Assembly: GCA_963813815.1 (NCBI GenBank)
Contig: CAWFAD010000011.1
Coordinates: 32,001 to 96,000 of the forward strand
Source of the DNA: an uncultured bacterium
GTDB lineage: Bacteria > Krumholzibacteriota > Krumholzibacteriia > Krumholzibacteriales > Krumholzibacteriaceae
Direction: 5' to 3'
Length of the DNA stretch: 64,000 nt
Position numbers and translations under genes: made by a program. Below are positions 39,661 to 49,657 of this stretch, in pieces (position 1 is the first letter of the stretch; every line of letters begins with the position of its first letter). The notes beneath the pieces are model-generated. The model was not told where the DNA came from and did no database searches. It saw only the letters and a program-made list of their open reading frames with translations.

Positions 39661-40692
39661 ATGGCCTCATATTCGTTGACCGAGCTCGCGCGGCTCGTCG
39701 GTGGCGAGGTCATTGGCGATGCCTCCGTCGTGATCACCGGGGTCGCGGGGATCAAGGAGGCCCACGGCGGGGATATCACCTTCCTGGCGAACCCGAAGTA
39801 CGAGTCGTACCTCGCGACGACGCACGCCTCGGCCGTCATCGCCGAGCGCAACGGCGACTCGCCGAAGCCCATCATCCGGGTCGCGAATCCGTATCTGGCG
39901 TTTCTCAAGGTTATGTCGCTCTTCAGCGGCGAGACGCCGGGCCAGCGCCAGCGCGGCATCCATCCGACGGCCATCGTGGCGGAGAGCGCCTCGGTGGGAA
40001 CGGACGTCTCGATCGGCGCCTACTGTTTCATCGGCGAGAACGCGCGCGTCGGCGACCGGACGACCATTCTCCCGCTCGTCTGCGTGTGCGACGACTCCGC
40101 GATCGGGCAGGATTGCCTCGTGTACCCGCACGTGACGATCCGCGAGCGGTGCGAGATCGGCGATCGCGTGATCATCCACGCCGGCACGGTCGTCGGATCG
40201 GACGGTTTCGGATACGCCAAGGACGGCGAGGCCAACCGGAAAATCCCCCAGATCGGCATCGTCAAGATCGAGGACGACGTCGAGATCGGCGCCAACACGA
40301 CGATCGACCGGGCGACGACCGAGGTCACGCTCATTCGGCGAGGGGCCAAGATCGACAACCTCGTTCAGATCGCGCACAACGTCGTCATCGGCGAACACTC
40401 CATTCTCGCCGCGCAGGTGGGGGTATCGGGCAGTACGCAGATCGGCAAGAACGTGATGCTCGCCGGGCAGGCCGGCCTCGTCGGCCACATTCAGATCGGC
40501 GACAACGTGATGGTGGGAGCTCAGGGCGGCGTAACGAAATCGGTGCCGGCCAACACGAAGGTGTCCGGATACCCGGCGCGCGAGCACTCCTGCGCGCGGA
40601 AGATCTACGCCCTCTGGGCCCGTCTCCCTGAGCTGTTTCGCGAGGTCAAGAATCTCGTGAAGCGCGTCGAGGAGCTCGAAAAGAGGAAATAG
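39661..40692 (+). CDS. lpxD: UDP-3-O-acyl-glucosamine N-acyltransferase
   Basis: Hexapeptide repeats, GSDGFGY, KIPQIG, KIDNLVQIAHNV. Confidence 0.95.
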   Translation: MASYSLTELARLVGGEVIGDASVVITGVAGIKEAHGGDITFLANPKYESYLATTHASAVIAERNGDSPKPIIRVANPYLAFLKVMSLFSGETPGQRQRGIHPTAIVAESASVGTDVSIGAYCFIGENARVGDRTTILPLVCVCDDSAIGQDCLVYPHVTIRERCEIGDRVIIHAGTVVGSDGFGYAKDGEANRKIPQIGIVKIEDDVEIGANTTIDRATTEVTLIRRGAKIDNLVQIAHNVVIGEHSILAAQVGVSGSTQIGKNVMLAGQAGLVGHIQIGDNVMVGAQGGVTKSVPANTKVSGYPAREHSCARKIYALWARLPELFREVKNLVKRVEELEKRK

Positions 40693-42002
40693 TGGTTCGC
40701 CAGCAGAGGACCATCAGATCGGCGTTCGCCTACGAGGGGCTCGGGCTCCATACGGGCAAGCGCGTCAAGGTCGTTTTCAACCCCGCGCCCCCTTCCTCGG
40801 GAATCCGTTTCCGGCGGGTCGATCTCGACCCGCCCGTGGAGATCCCCGCGAACGTCGACCATATCCATGGCGGCGAGATCCGGCGCAACACGACGCTCGC
40901 GAAGGGGGACGTCTCGATTCATACGGTCGAGCATATCCTCGCCGCGGCTTCGGGTCTCCAGATCGACAACCTCGTCGTCGACATCGATTCCGACGAGCCG
41001 CCGGAGCCGCGCGACGGAAGCTGCGCTCCTTTCGTCGAGGCGTTCCAGAAGGCGGGGGTGGAGAATCAGGGCGTTCCCGTGAAGTGCCTGCGCATCAGAA
41101 CGCCCGTGAGCTATTGCGAGGACGGTATCGAGCTCCACGCGCTGCCGTACGACGGCTTCAAGGTGAGCTTCACGATCGAGTACGCCAACCGGCACATCGG
41201 CATCCAGTACGCCTCGTTCGACGTCGCCCCCGATCTCTTCGTCAAGCAGATCGCCCCCGCGCGGACCTTCGTGCTCTGGTCCGACGTCGAGATGCTGCGG
41301 GCGCAGGGGCTCATCAAGGGAGGCAGCCTCGACAACGCGATCGCGGTCGACGACAAGGGGATCGTTAACGACGTGCCGCTGCGGTTCGAGAACGAGTTCG
41401 TCCGGCACAAGATTCTCGATCTGCTCGGGGATCTCACGCTCGTCGGCGCGCCGATCGAGGGGCACATCATCTCGGTGCGGTCGGGACACCAGTACAACCT
41501 CAAGTTCGCGCGGCTGCTCGCGCAGGAGCTGCGGAACCAGGAGCGGAACGCGGCGATGTCGGCGCGGGGCTTCTGGGACATCAACGTCATTCAGAGGATC
41601 ATGCCGCACCGCTACCCATTTCTCCTCGTGGACCGCATCCTTTCCCTCGAGGATAAAAAGCGCGTCGTTGGAATCAAGAACGTCACGGTGAACGAGCCGT
41701 TCTTCGTCGGGCACTTCCCCGGCCATCCCATCATGCCCGCCGTGCTCATCATCGAGGCGATGGCGCAGGTGGGGGGCATACTCCTCCTCACGAACGTCGA
41801 CAGACCCGAGAAGTACCTCGTCTATTTCATCGGCATCGACAAGGCGAAGTTCCGCAAGCCGGTCGTGCCGGGCGACCAGATCCGCTTCGAGCTCGAGATG
41901 ATCTCGCTTCGCAAACGCTTCTGCAAAATGAGGGGCGTCGCCACGGTCGACGGCGACGTCGTGGCCGAGGCGGAGCTCCTCTCCTCGATCGTCGATCGCT
42001 GA
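40692..42002 (+). CDS. lpxC: bifunctional LpxC deacetylase / FabZ dehydratase
   Basis: GLGLHTG, TVEHILAA, HKILDLLGDL, then PHRYPFLLVD, GHFPGHPIMPAVLIIEAMAQ. Confidence 0.95.
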   Translation: MVRQQRTIRSAFAYEGLGLHTGKRVKVVFNPAPPSSGIRFRRVDLDPPVEIPANVDHIHGGEIRRNTTLAKGDVSIHTVEHILAAASGLQIDNLVVDIDSDEPPEPRDGSCAPFVEAFQKAGVENQGVPVKCLRIRTPVSYCEDGIELHALPYDGFKVSFTIEYANRHIGIQYASFDVAPDLFVKQIAPARTFVLWSDVEMLRAQGLIKGGSLDNAIAVDDKGIVNDVPLRFENEFVRHKILDLLGDLTLVGAPIEGHIISVRSGHQYNLKFARLLAQELRNQERNAAMSARGFWDINVIQRIMPHRYPFLLVDRILSLEDKKRVVGIKNVTVNEPFFVGHFPGHPIMPAVLIIEAMAQVGGILLLTNVDRPEKYLVYFIGIDKAKFRKPVVPGDQIRFELEMISLRKRFCKMRGVATVDGDVVAEAELLSSIVDR

Positions 42003-42012
42003 CGGAGGCGGC

Positions 42013-42789
42013 ATGGCGGTCGATATACATCCCACCGCGATCGTCCATCCGGGCGCCGAGCTCGGCGAGAACGTGTCGGTCGGTCCCTTCTCGATCGTCG
42101 GCCCGCGGGTCCGCGTGGGCGACGGAACGACGATTCACAGCTCCGTTCTCATAGAGGGAGAGACAATGATCGGCGCCGGCAACACGATCTTTCACGGCGC
42201 CGTGCTCGGGAGCGTCTGTCAGGATCTCAAGTTCAAGGGCGAGCGCACCTTCGTCCGCATCGGCGACCGGAACACGATCCGCGAGTACGTCACGGTGCAC
42301 AGCGCGGCGGGCGAGGGGGAGAGCACGGTCGTCGGCGACGGTTGCCTCATCATGGCCTACGTCCACATCGCGCACAACTGCGTCGTGGGGAGCAGCGTGA
42401 TTCTCGCGAACGCCGTGAACCTGGCGGGGCACGTGCGGGTTCACGATTTCGCGAGCATCGGAGGCGTGACCCCCGTGCACCAGTTCGTGCGGATCGGCGA
42501 ATATTCGTTCGTCGGCGGCGGGAGCAGAATACCGCAGGACGTGCCGCCCTACCTCAAGGTGGCCGGCAACCCGGCGCAGCCGGCGGGACTCAACTCGGTC
42601 GGCCTGCGGCGCCGGGGATTCACGCTCGAGCAGCGCTCCCTGCTGAAAAAGGCGTACGCGGTCTTCTACCGGAGCGGGCTGAACGTATCGCAGGCCCTCG
42701 AGCGCATCGAGGCGGATCTGCCTCCGACGGAAGAGATCAAGCGATTCGTCGAGTTCATACGCGGCTCCGAGCGGGGCATCATCAGGTAA
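42013..42789 (+). CDS. lpxA: acyl-ACP--UDP-GlcNAc O-acyltransferase
   Basis: IHPTAIV, QDLKFKGE, IREYVTVH, HIAHNC, VHQF, GLNSVGLRRRG. Confidence 0.95.
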   Translation: MAVDIHPTAIVHPGAELGENVSVGPFSIVGPRVRVGDGTTIHSSVLIEGETMIGAGNTIFHGAVLGSVCQDLKFKGERTFVRIGDRNTIREYVTVHSAAGEGESTVVGDGCLIMAYVHIAHNCVVGSSVILANAVNLAGHVRVHDFASIGGVTPVHQFVRIGEYSFVGGGSRIPQDVPPYLKVAGNPAQPAGLNSVGLRRRGFTLEQRSLLKKAYAVFYRSGLNVSQALERIEADLPPTEEIKRFVEFIRGSERGIIR

Positions 42790-42817
42790 CAATTCGCTCC
42801 ATCGCCGGGGAGGTTCC

Positions 42818-43795
42818 ATGAACACGGCCCGCACAGTGAGGGCAGGGGTGATCGGAACGGGAGCGCTCGGGGCTCACCACGCGCGTGTCTACTCGTCCCT
42901 CGACCGCGTCGCATCGCTGGCTCTGTACGATCGCGACGGCGCGCGCGCCGAGGCGGTCGCCCGCGAGCGGGGCGGACGGGTCTGCCGGACGATCGAAGAG
43001 CTCCTCGAGGCCTCCGACGTGGTGAGCGTCTGCACGCCGGCGACGCACCACCACGAGGCCGTCAGAGCGGCCTTCGCGGGCGGGGCCCACGTTCTCGTCG
43101 AAAAGCCGATCGCCTCGACCGTCGCCGAGGCGCGCGACCTCGTGGCGCTCGGACGCGGGCGGGGGCTCGTGTTTCAAGTCGGGCACATCGAGCGCTTCAA
43201 CGGCGCCTTCGAGGCCCTCCGGTCGATCGTCCGGAGGCCGCGCTTCATCGAGGCCCACCGGCTCGCCGCCTTTACGCCGCGCGGCATCGACGTGTCGGTC
43301 GTTCAGGATCTCATGATTCACGATATCGACCTCATTCTCTCGCTCCTCGGAGGCGACCGGCTCGTGGATCTCCGGGCATCGGGCGCCGGCGTGCTCACGA
43401 GCGCTTCGGACATCGTCAACGCGCGTCTCGAGTTCGCGGGCGGCTGCACGGCCAACGTGACGGCGAGCCGCATCTCGCGGGAGCCGATGCGCAAGATTCG
43501 GGTTTTCGAGGAGCACCGCTACGTTTCCGTCGATCTGCGGGAAAAAACGGTCGAGGCGTACGAGCTCTCCGGATCGTTCGTCCCGGGATCGGCGCCGGTC
43601 GATCCGATGAGCCTCATCCGGCCGGTCCGGGTGGACGTCGACACGACTGAACCGCTCCGCAAGGAGATCGAGGCGTTTCTCGCCGCCGTCGCGGACCGCG
43701 CGGAGCCTCCCGTGACGGGGGAGGCGGGGCTCGCGGCGCTCGATGTGGCCGAGCGGATCCTCGCGAGCGTGGAGGAGAACCGGAGCCGGCAGTGA
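42818..43795 (+). CDS. Gfo/Idh/MocA oxidoreductase (GnnA-like)
   Basis: GTGALG, VEKPI, VGHIERFN, DLMIHDID, TASRIS; between lpxA and lpxB. Confidence 0.85.
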   Translation: MNTARTVRAGVIGTGALGAHHARVYSSLDRVASLALYDRDGARAEAVARERGGRVCRTIEELLEASDVVSVCTPATHHHEAVRAAFAGGAHVLVEKPIASTVAEARDLVALGRGRGLVFQVGHIERFNGAFEALRSIVRRPRFIEAHRLAAFTPRGIDVSVVQDLMIHDIDLILSLLGGDRLVDLRASGAGVLTSASDIVNARLEFAGGCTANVTASRISREPMRKIRVFEEHRYVSVDLREKTVEAYELSGSFVPGSAPVDPMSLIRPVRVDVDTTEPLRKEIEAFLAAVADRAEPPVTGEAGLAALDVAERILASVEENRSRQ

Positions 43796-44961
43796 CCACC
43801 GTACTTCTTACCTGCGGGGAGACGAGCGGCGAGCAGCACGCCTCGCGGCTCTGTCGCGAGCTCCGGCGGCGCGATCCGGGATGCCGCGTGCTCGCCCTCG
43901 GCGGCGCGGATCTCGCGGCGGCCGGCGCGGAGATTCTCCATCCCCTCGAGAAATACGCGGTCATGGGGTTCGGCGAGGTGCTCGCCAAGCTCCCTTCCTT
44001 CGCGGCCCTCGAGCGCTCGCTCGCGCGGCGCCTCGCGGGGGGAGACATCGATCTTTTCGTTCCCGTCGATTATCCGGGGCTCAACTTGCGACTCTGTCGC
44101 GCGGCGCGTCGCGTCGGCGTCCCCGTTCTCTACTACATCAGCCCGCAGGTATGGGCGTGGGGGGGGTGGCGGGTGCGGGGAATGAGGCGATCGGTAGACC
44201 TCATGGCGGTCATCCTGCCGTTCGAGGAAGAGCTCTATCGACGCGCCGGCATTCCCGTCGTATTCGCGGGGCATCCGATGCTCGATGAGACGGGCGCTGC
44301 GGCGGTCAAGAGCGCTCCCGAGGATTCGGCGGCTCCCTTCACGGTCATGCTCTTTCCCGGCAGCCGCCGGCAGGAGTTCCGGCGGATGTACCCGGTGCTC
44401 GTCGAGACGGCGAGGATCCTCCACGAGCGATTCCCCGCGGCTCGCTTTCGCGCGGGCCTCGCTCCGTTTATTTCCGAAGAGGAGGCGCCGGTCGCGGCTG
44501 ACATGAGGGATTACCTCGGGGTTACGAGGGACGGCGTGGCCGAGCTCGAGCGTTCCGCGCTCGCCCTAGCGGTTTCCGGCACCATAACGCTGCAGGTGGC
44601 CCTCACGGGGACTCCGATGGTCGTGTGCTACCGGACGTCGCCGCTCAATTACCGCCTCGGCAGGCTCCTCGTCCGGGTGCCGTGGATCGCGATGCCGAAC
44701 GTTCTCGCGGGGCGTCCCCTCGTGCCGGAGTTCATACAGGGGGAGGCCGCGCCGCGACGGATCGCCGAGGCGGCCGCGGCGATCCTCGCTGATCGCGGGC
44801 GATACCGGGGGATTTCGGGCGATCTCCTCGATCTGCGGGCGCGGCTCCGCGGACCGGGGGGGGTCGAACGGATCGCGGCGATCGCTCTCCGCATGGCGTC
44901 GGGAGAGGCGGCGGAATCGGCCGTCCGTGAAACGGCCGGCGCGGGATGGTGCGGAGAATGA
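43792..44961 (+). CDS. lpxB: lipid-A-disaccharide synthase
   Basis: GETSGE, VMGFGEV, DYPGLN, YYISPQVWAW, GHP, PGSR, SGT. Confidence 0.93.
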   Translation: MTTVLLTCGETSGEQHASRLCRELRRRDPGCRVLALGGADLAAAGAEILHPLEKYAVMGFGEVLAKLPSFAALERSLARRLAGGDIDLFVPVDYPGLNLRLCRAARRVGVPVLYYISPQVWAWGGWRVRGMRRSVDLMAVILPFEEELYRRAGIPVVFAGHPMLDETGAAAVKSAPEDSAAPFTVMLFPGSRRQEFRRMYPVLVETARILHERFPAARFRAGLAPFISEEEAPVAADMRDYLGVTRDGVAELERSALALAVSGTITLQVALTGTPMVVCYRTSPLNYRLGRLLVRVPWIAMPNVLAGRPLVPEFIQGEAAPRRIAEAAAAILADRGRYRGISGDLLDLRARLRGPGGVERIAAIALRMASGEAAESAVRETAGAGWCGE

Positions 44962-45641
44962 AGGTGCGTCTGCATTCGGGGCTCGCGAGCAGGCTCGGAG
45001 CCCTCTTCATCCGCGTTCTCGGCGCCACCTGGCGCGTCGAGTGGCGGGGCGGTGAGCGTCTCGATCTGGCCCGGCGGATGTCGCCGCGGATCGTGTTCGC
45101 GTTCTTCCACGGGCGAATGCTCGTGCTGAGCTACACGCATCGCGGACGGAACATACAGGTGCTCGCCTCGCACCACTACGACGGAGATCTCATGGGGCGC
45201 GTGATCGCGCACCTCGGTTTCGGTCACCGCAAGGGTTCGACCACGCGGGGAGGCGCGGCGGCCCTTCGCGATCTCGCCGGCGCGCTGCGCGGCGGCTGCG
45301 ACGTCGGTCTCACGATCGACGGGCCGCGGGGACCGCGCGGCGCGGTTCAGCAGGGCGCCGTGGAGATCGCGAGACTCGGAGGAAGCGCCGTGATAGCCGT
45401 CTGCGATTCGGCCCGGCCGCGGCGGCTCATGAAAACGTGGGATCGCCTGCAAATTCCTTTTCCGTTCGCGAAAGTCGTGGTCGCATACGGCGAGCCTTTC
45501 CTGGTGCCCTCTGGGGCGGGGAAGGCCGGGCGGGAGGAGCTCCGCGCTCGCCTCGAGCGCGAGCTCCGCGATCTCAGCTCCTCGCTCGACCGGGAACTCG
45601 GCTATCGAGGAGCGGACGTGTGGCCCCATGAGAATAGTTGA
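44958..45641 (+). CDS. DUF374 lysophospholipid acyltransferase family (LpxJ-like)
   Basis: FFHG, S..DG, KGSTTRGG, TIDGPRGP, TWDR..IPFPF. Confidence 0.82.
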   Translation: MKVRLHSGLASRLGALFIRVLGATWRVEWRGGERLDLARRMSPRIVFAFFHGRMLVLSYTHRGRNIQVLASHHYDGDLMGRVIAHLGFGHRKGSTTRGGAAALRDLAGALRGGCDVGLTIDGPRGPRGAVQQGAVEIARLGGSAVIAVCDSARPRRLMKTWDRLQIPFPFAKVVVAYGEPFLVPSGAGKAGREELRARLERELRDLSSSLDRELGYRGADVWPHENS

Positions 45642-46707
45642 AAAGTATCCCCTGAAACTGTTGTTCGCGCGTGGAGAGGGCGCATGGCGCCTGTTCCTTC
45701 CCGTGCGGCTCGCGCTCGCCGGCCTCTATGGAGCGGGGAGCGCCGCCGCGCGCCTCGGCGCGTCGGCATCGAACCCGCGCCCCATTTCCCGGCTCGTGGC
45801 CGGGAGACGGCCGTTCGTCGTATCCGTCGGAAATCTGGTGGCGGGAGGCGGCGGCAAGACGCCGTGCGTCGCGGCGCTCGCAAAGGCGATCCGGGACCGG
45901 GGCGGCGTCCCGGCCGTCGTGACGAGGGGGTACGGAGGCGCTTACGAGGGGCGGGGCGCCTGCGTGGCGAGCGGCGGCTCGGACGCTGACCTCGCCCGGC
46001 GCTTCGGGGACGAGGCGGCGATCTACCGCTCGAGGGGTATCCCCGTCGTGACGGACGCGAGGAGGAGGCGCGGCGCCGAGCTCGCGGCGGATCTGTTCGC
46101 CCCGACGCACATCATTCTCGATGACGCCTTCCAGAACCGGTCCCTCGCCAAGGACCTCGATATACTCCTTCTCGACGCGTCGCGCCCCTTCGACGGAGGA
46201 TTGCTTCTTCCCGCCGGAGAGCTGAGAGAGCCTCCGAGCGCCGCGCGCCGGGCGGACGCCGTGATATTCACGCGCTCGAGGGAGGAACGGGTTCCGTCCG
46301 AGGCTGAACGAATCGTCGCCGGCAAACCCGTCTTCTTCGCCCGCCACGAGCCGGCCCGCCTGATCCGGCGAGGCGGCGGCGGGGAGCCTCTTTCGATCGT
46401 TTCGGGGAGGGAGGTTGTGCTCTTTTCCGGCATCGCCAACCCGGGCTCATTCGAGGGGACGGTCGAGGGGCTCGGCGCCATTGCGCGCGTTTCCTTCCGC
46501 TACGAGGATCATCGCCGCTATAGCGCACGGGACGCGGAAGAGATCATGGAGGCCGCGGGAGGGGCGGCGCTCATCGTCACCACGGAAAAGGATTTCGTCA
46601 AGGCCGCGGAGATCTTTCCACCCGACGCGCCGCTCCTCGCGCTCGCGATCGAGATGAACATACCGGGCATCGAGCGGCTCGTCGCCCTCCTCGGCCTCGA
46701 AGGATGA
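45628..46707 (+). CDS. lpxK: tetraacyldisaccharide 4'-kinase
   Basis: SVGNLVAGGGGKTP, TRGYG, GDE, LDDAFQ, LLPAGELRE, TTEKD. Confidence 0.92.
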   Translation: MRIVEKYPLKLLFARGEGAWRLFLPVRLALAGLYGAGSAAARLGASASNPRPISRLVAGRRPFVVSVGNLVAGGGGKTPCVAALAKAIRDRGGVPAVVTRGYGGAYEGRGACVASGGSDADLARRFGDEAAIYRSRGIPVVTDARRRRGAELAADLFAPTHIILDDAFQNRSLAKDLDILLLDASRPFDGGLLLPAGELREPPSAARRADAVIFTRSREERVPSEAERIVAGKPVFFARHEPARLIRRGGGGEPLSIVSGREVVLFSGIANPGSFEGTVEGLGAIARVSFRYEDHRRYSARDAEEIMEAAGGAALIVTTEKDFVKAAEIFPPDAPLLALAIEMNIPGIERLVALLGLEG

Positions 46708-46743
46708 GAATAGCGGGGAGCCCCGCTCGGGGTCCCCTCGGGC

Positions 46744-46784
46744 AAAAGAAGCGGGGAGCTCTTTTATGAGCTCCCCGCTCTTCT
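46744..46784. terminator. bidirectional intrinsic terminator
   Basis: GCGGGGAGCTC-TTTTAT-GAGCTCCCCGC stem between convergent genes, A-rich left flank. Confidence 0.75.
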
Positions 46785-46813
46785 ATCGCAAATCGAATCG
46801 GTTACCCTGAGAG

Positions 46814-47422
46814 CTATTGCTGGCTCTTCGTGGTGAGCGGATCGGCGAAGTTCACCGTGAGGCCCGCCGAGAAGCTGACCTCGCGGTCCGTCTGAACCTC
46901 GTGGCCGCGGAACGTTATGTTCACGACCGACATGTACTCGATGGACGTGTACATGATGCTGAGGAGCGGATCGACGTTCTTCGCCCCGAATGGCACGAGG
47001 AGAATCGATCCGGTCACGAGCTCGCCCGCCGGCACGAGAATGGCCGTCTGGCCGGAGAACGGCTGGACGGGTATGGGGGCAGTGCCGTAAGGCGTGAAGG
47101 TGACGTCGTAGTCGGTCACGAGGAAATCGCCGAGGGCGCTCACGTCCGGATCGACGACGCTGTTATACGGCTTGTTGTAGAACGTGACGGAGAGGTAATC
47201 CTCGGTGATGTAGTCGTCGTCGGTTTTGTAGGTCGAGCCGTCCCGCTCGTACAGCGAGTCGCCCTGATTGAGAACGTCGCAGAGATAGGGCTCGCCTTCG
47301 TTCATGCTGGCGACGTAGACGACCGTTCGCTGATCGTAGTTCGTTTCGTCGGTGCAGCTCAGGAAGAGCGCCGCCAGGATCAACGCGGAGACGGACGCGA
47401 TGAGATGGATCCGCTTAAACAT
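46814..47422 (-). CDS. hypothetical lipoprotein
   Basis: GGAGGAGG RBS, lipobox FLSC, beta-rich body. Confidence 0.75.
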   Translation of the reverse strand: MFKRIHLIASVSALILAALFLSCTDETNYDQRTVVYVASMNEGEPYLCDVLNQGDSLYERDGSTYKTDDDYITEDYLSVTFYNKPYNSVVDPDVSALGDFLVTDYDVTFTPYGTAPIPVQPFSGQTAILVPAGELVTGSILLVPFGAKNVDPLLSIMYTSIEYMSVVNITFRGHEVQTDREVSFSAGLTVNFADPLTTKSQQ

Positions 47423-47476
47423 CGGGTAACCTCCTCCAATGTAACTGGCATCTCAGGCTAGTCAAGCCGAACCCTC

Positions 47477-47492
47477 GCAATGATTGTGCCAA
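47477..47492 (-). promoter_or_regulatory. sigma-54 promoter
   Basis: TTGGCACAATCATTGC = TGGCAC-N5-TTGC, 55 bp upstream of the lipoprotein start. Confidence 0.7.
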
Positions 47493-47658
47493 GACCCCCG
47501 GCGGCGGTCGAAGCGTATCTTGTTTGCTATGAACACGATAGGGCCTGGAGCTGGGCTGGAGGCGCTGCTGAGGGGCCGCAACGTGCATATTGCATTTGTT
47601 TCTGTTGCGGAGGGGCGAATGGTTTTCTATCATAGTCCATCCCGTCGGAGGAATATCG

Positions 47659-49248
47659 ATGGAAACGGTTCGATGCGACATTCTCGTGCTCGGCAGCGGC
47701 GCCGCGGGGCTTTATTTCGCCCTCAAGGCGGCCCGCTTCGCCGACGTCCTCGTCGTGACGAAACGCGAGCTGCGCGAGAGCAACACCTATTACGCGCAGG
47801 GCGGGATCGCGTCGGTGACGCACAAGGACGATTCCTTCGAGCGCCACATCACCGATACCCTCGAGGCGGGAGCGGGGCTCTGCCACCGCGAGGCCGTGGA
47901 GATCGTCGTGCACGAGGGACCCGCGCGGGTGCGGGAGCTCGCCGACCTCGGCGTCCGCTTCAGCAGGACGGAAAACGGCGACGATCTCGCCCTCGGGCGC
48001 GAGGGAGGGCATTCGGCGGCGCGCATCGTCCACTACCGCGACGTGATCGGCCGCGAGCTCGAGACGGCGCTGCTTGCCGCGGTGCGGGCCAACCCGCGTA
48101 TCGCCGTCCGGGAGGATTGCCTCGCCATCGATCTCATCGGCGGCGCGGACGAGGGAGCCGTCTCGGGTTGCTACGCGCTCGACCGCCGTTCGAAGACGAT
48201 CCTCGCGATCGTTGCGCCGCATACCGTCCTCGCGACGGGGGGCGCCGGAAAGATATATCTCTATACCTCGAATCCCGACGTCGCCACGGGTGACGGCATG
48301 GCGATGGCGTACCGGGCGGGGGCTTCGCTCGCCAATCTCGAGTTCGTTCAGTTCCATCCGACCTGCCTCTATCACCCCGAGGCCAAGTCGTTCCTCATCT
48401 CCGAGACGCTTCGCGGCGAGGGAGCGAAGCTCCGGAATCTCGCCGGCGAGGAGTTCGCGAGCCGGTACGATCCGCGGGGCGAGCTGGCGCCGCGGGACGT
48501 CGTAGCGCGGGCGATGGACCGCGAGATGAAGCGGAGCGGAGACAAATACCTGCTCCTCGACATCACGCACCGGCCGGCGCAGTGGCTGCGCAAGCGTTTT
48601 CCGAACGTGTACGAGAATTGCCTGAAGTTCGGCATCGACATCGCCGTTCAGGCGATACCCGTCGTGCCGGCGGCGCACTACATGTGCGGGGGCGTACGGG
48701 TGGACATGAACGGGCAAACGGATCTCGACGGGCTCATGGCCGTCGGCGAGGTCGCCTGCTCCGGCGTGCACGGCGCGAACAGGCTCGCGAGCAACTCGCT
48801 CCTCGAGGCGCTCGTGCTCGCCTCCCGCGCCGCCGGGAAGCTCGAGCGCAATGCTGGCCGAGGCACGGCGACGCGCGAGGGAAAACTCGCGCTTCCGGGC
48901 GTACGGGATCCCAAGGTGCTCGAAACGGTTATCCTCGATCACGACTGGGATCTAACCCGGCGCGTGATGTGGGACTACGTCGGCATCGTGCGATCGCGGG
49001 AGCGCCTCGGGATCGCGCGGGAGCGCATCGGGCAGATACTGGAGACGGCGGAGCGGATCTGGAGCGAGTACGGCGTCTCGGCCGACCTCGTGGAGCTGCG
49101 CAACATCGCGCTCGTGTCGAGCCTCGTCGTCGAATCGGCGATCCTGCGCACGGAGTCCCGCGGCCTGCATTACGTCGTCGAATATCCGGATCCCGATCCG
49201 GCGTGGGAGCGAGACACCGTCATACGGCGCGGCGCGAAGGGCGAGTGA
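47659..49248 (+). CDS. nadB: L-aspartate oxidase
   Basis: GSGAAG, YAQGGIA, EGGHS..RI, QFHPT, LISE..RGEG, HYMCGG, HGANRLASNSLLE, ESRGLHY. Confidence 0.95.
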   Translation: METVRCDILVLGSGAAGLYFALKAARFADVLVVTKRELRESNTYYAQGGIASVTHKDDSFERHITDTLEAGAGLCHREAVEIVVHEGPARVRELADLGVRFSRTENGDDLALGREGGHSAARIVHYRDVIGRELETALLAAVRANPRIAVREDCLAIDLIGGADEGAVSGCYALDRRSKTILAIVAPHTVLATGGAGKIYLYTSNPDVATGDGMAMAYRAGASLANLEFVQFHPTCLYHPEAKSFLISETLRGEGAKLRNLAGEEFASRYDPRGELAPRDVVARAMDREMKRSGDKYLLLDITHRPAQWLRKRFPNVYENCLKFGIDIAVQAIPVVPAAHYMCGGVRVDMNGQTDLDGLMAVGEVACSGVHGANRLASNSLLEALVLASRAAGKLERNAGRGTATREGKLALPGVRDPKVLETVILDHDWDLTRRVMWDYVGIVRSRERLGIARERIGQILETAERIWSEYGVSADLVELRNIALVSSLVVESAILRTESRGLHYVVEYPDPDPAWERDTVIRRGAKGE

Positions 49249-49255
49249 GGGACGT

Positions 49256-49639
49256 ATGGATCCGATCGAGGAGAATTCCGGACGGACGCGCGATCGCGGC
49301 GGGAGGAGGCCCGGGATCGATCTCGGCGGCTATAACTCCGACGCGTACGCGTTCGTGCTGGAGGCGGTGGCCTACACGCTCGGGCGGATGGGCGAGCAGC
49401 GCCACATCACGGGGCGCGAGCTCTGCGAGGGGGCGCACCGGCTCGCCGTAGAGCGCTTCGGGCCGATGGCGAAGGAAGTGCTCAATTTCTGGGGCGTGCG
49501 TTCGACCTCGGACATCGGGTCCATCGTATTCCGGCTCGTCGAGTCGGGCGAGCTCTCGACGACCGAGGGGGACAGCATCGACGATTTTCTCGACGTGTTC
49601 GATTTCAACGAGGCGTTCGAGCGGGACTACTTCGCCTGA
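49256..49639 (+). CDS. Minf_1886-family conserved small protein
   Basis: AYAFVLEA...RHITGRELCEG...FGPMA..VL..WG..ST.DIG.IVF.LV. Confidence 0.75.
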   Translation: MDPIEENSGRTRDRGGRRPGIDLGGYNSDAYAFVLEAVAYTLGRMGEQRHITGRELCEGAHRLAVERFGPMAKEVLNFWGVRSTSDIGSIVFRLVESGELSTTEGDSIDDFLDVFDFNEAFERDYFA

Positions 49640-49657
49640 CGCCGCCGGCGGCCCGCC

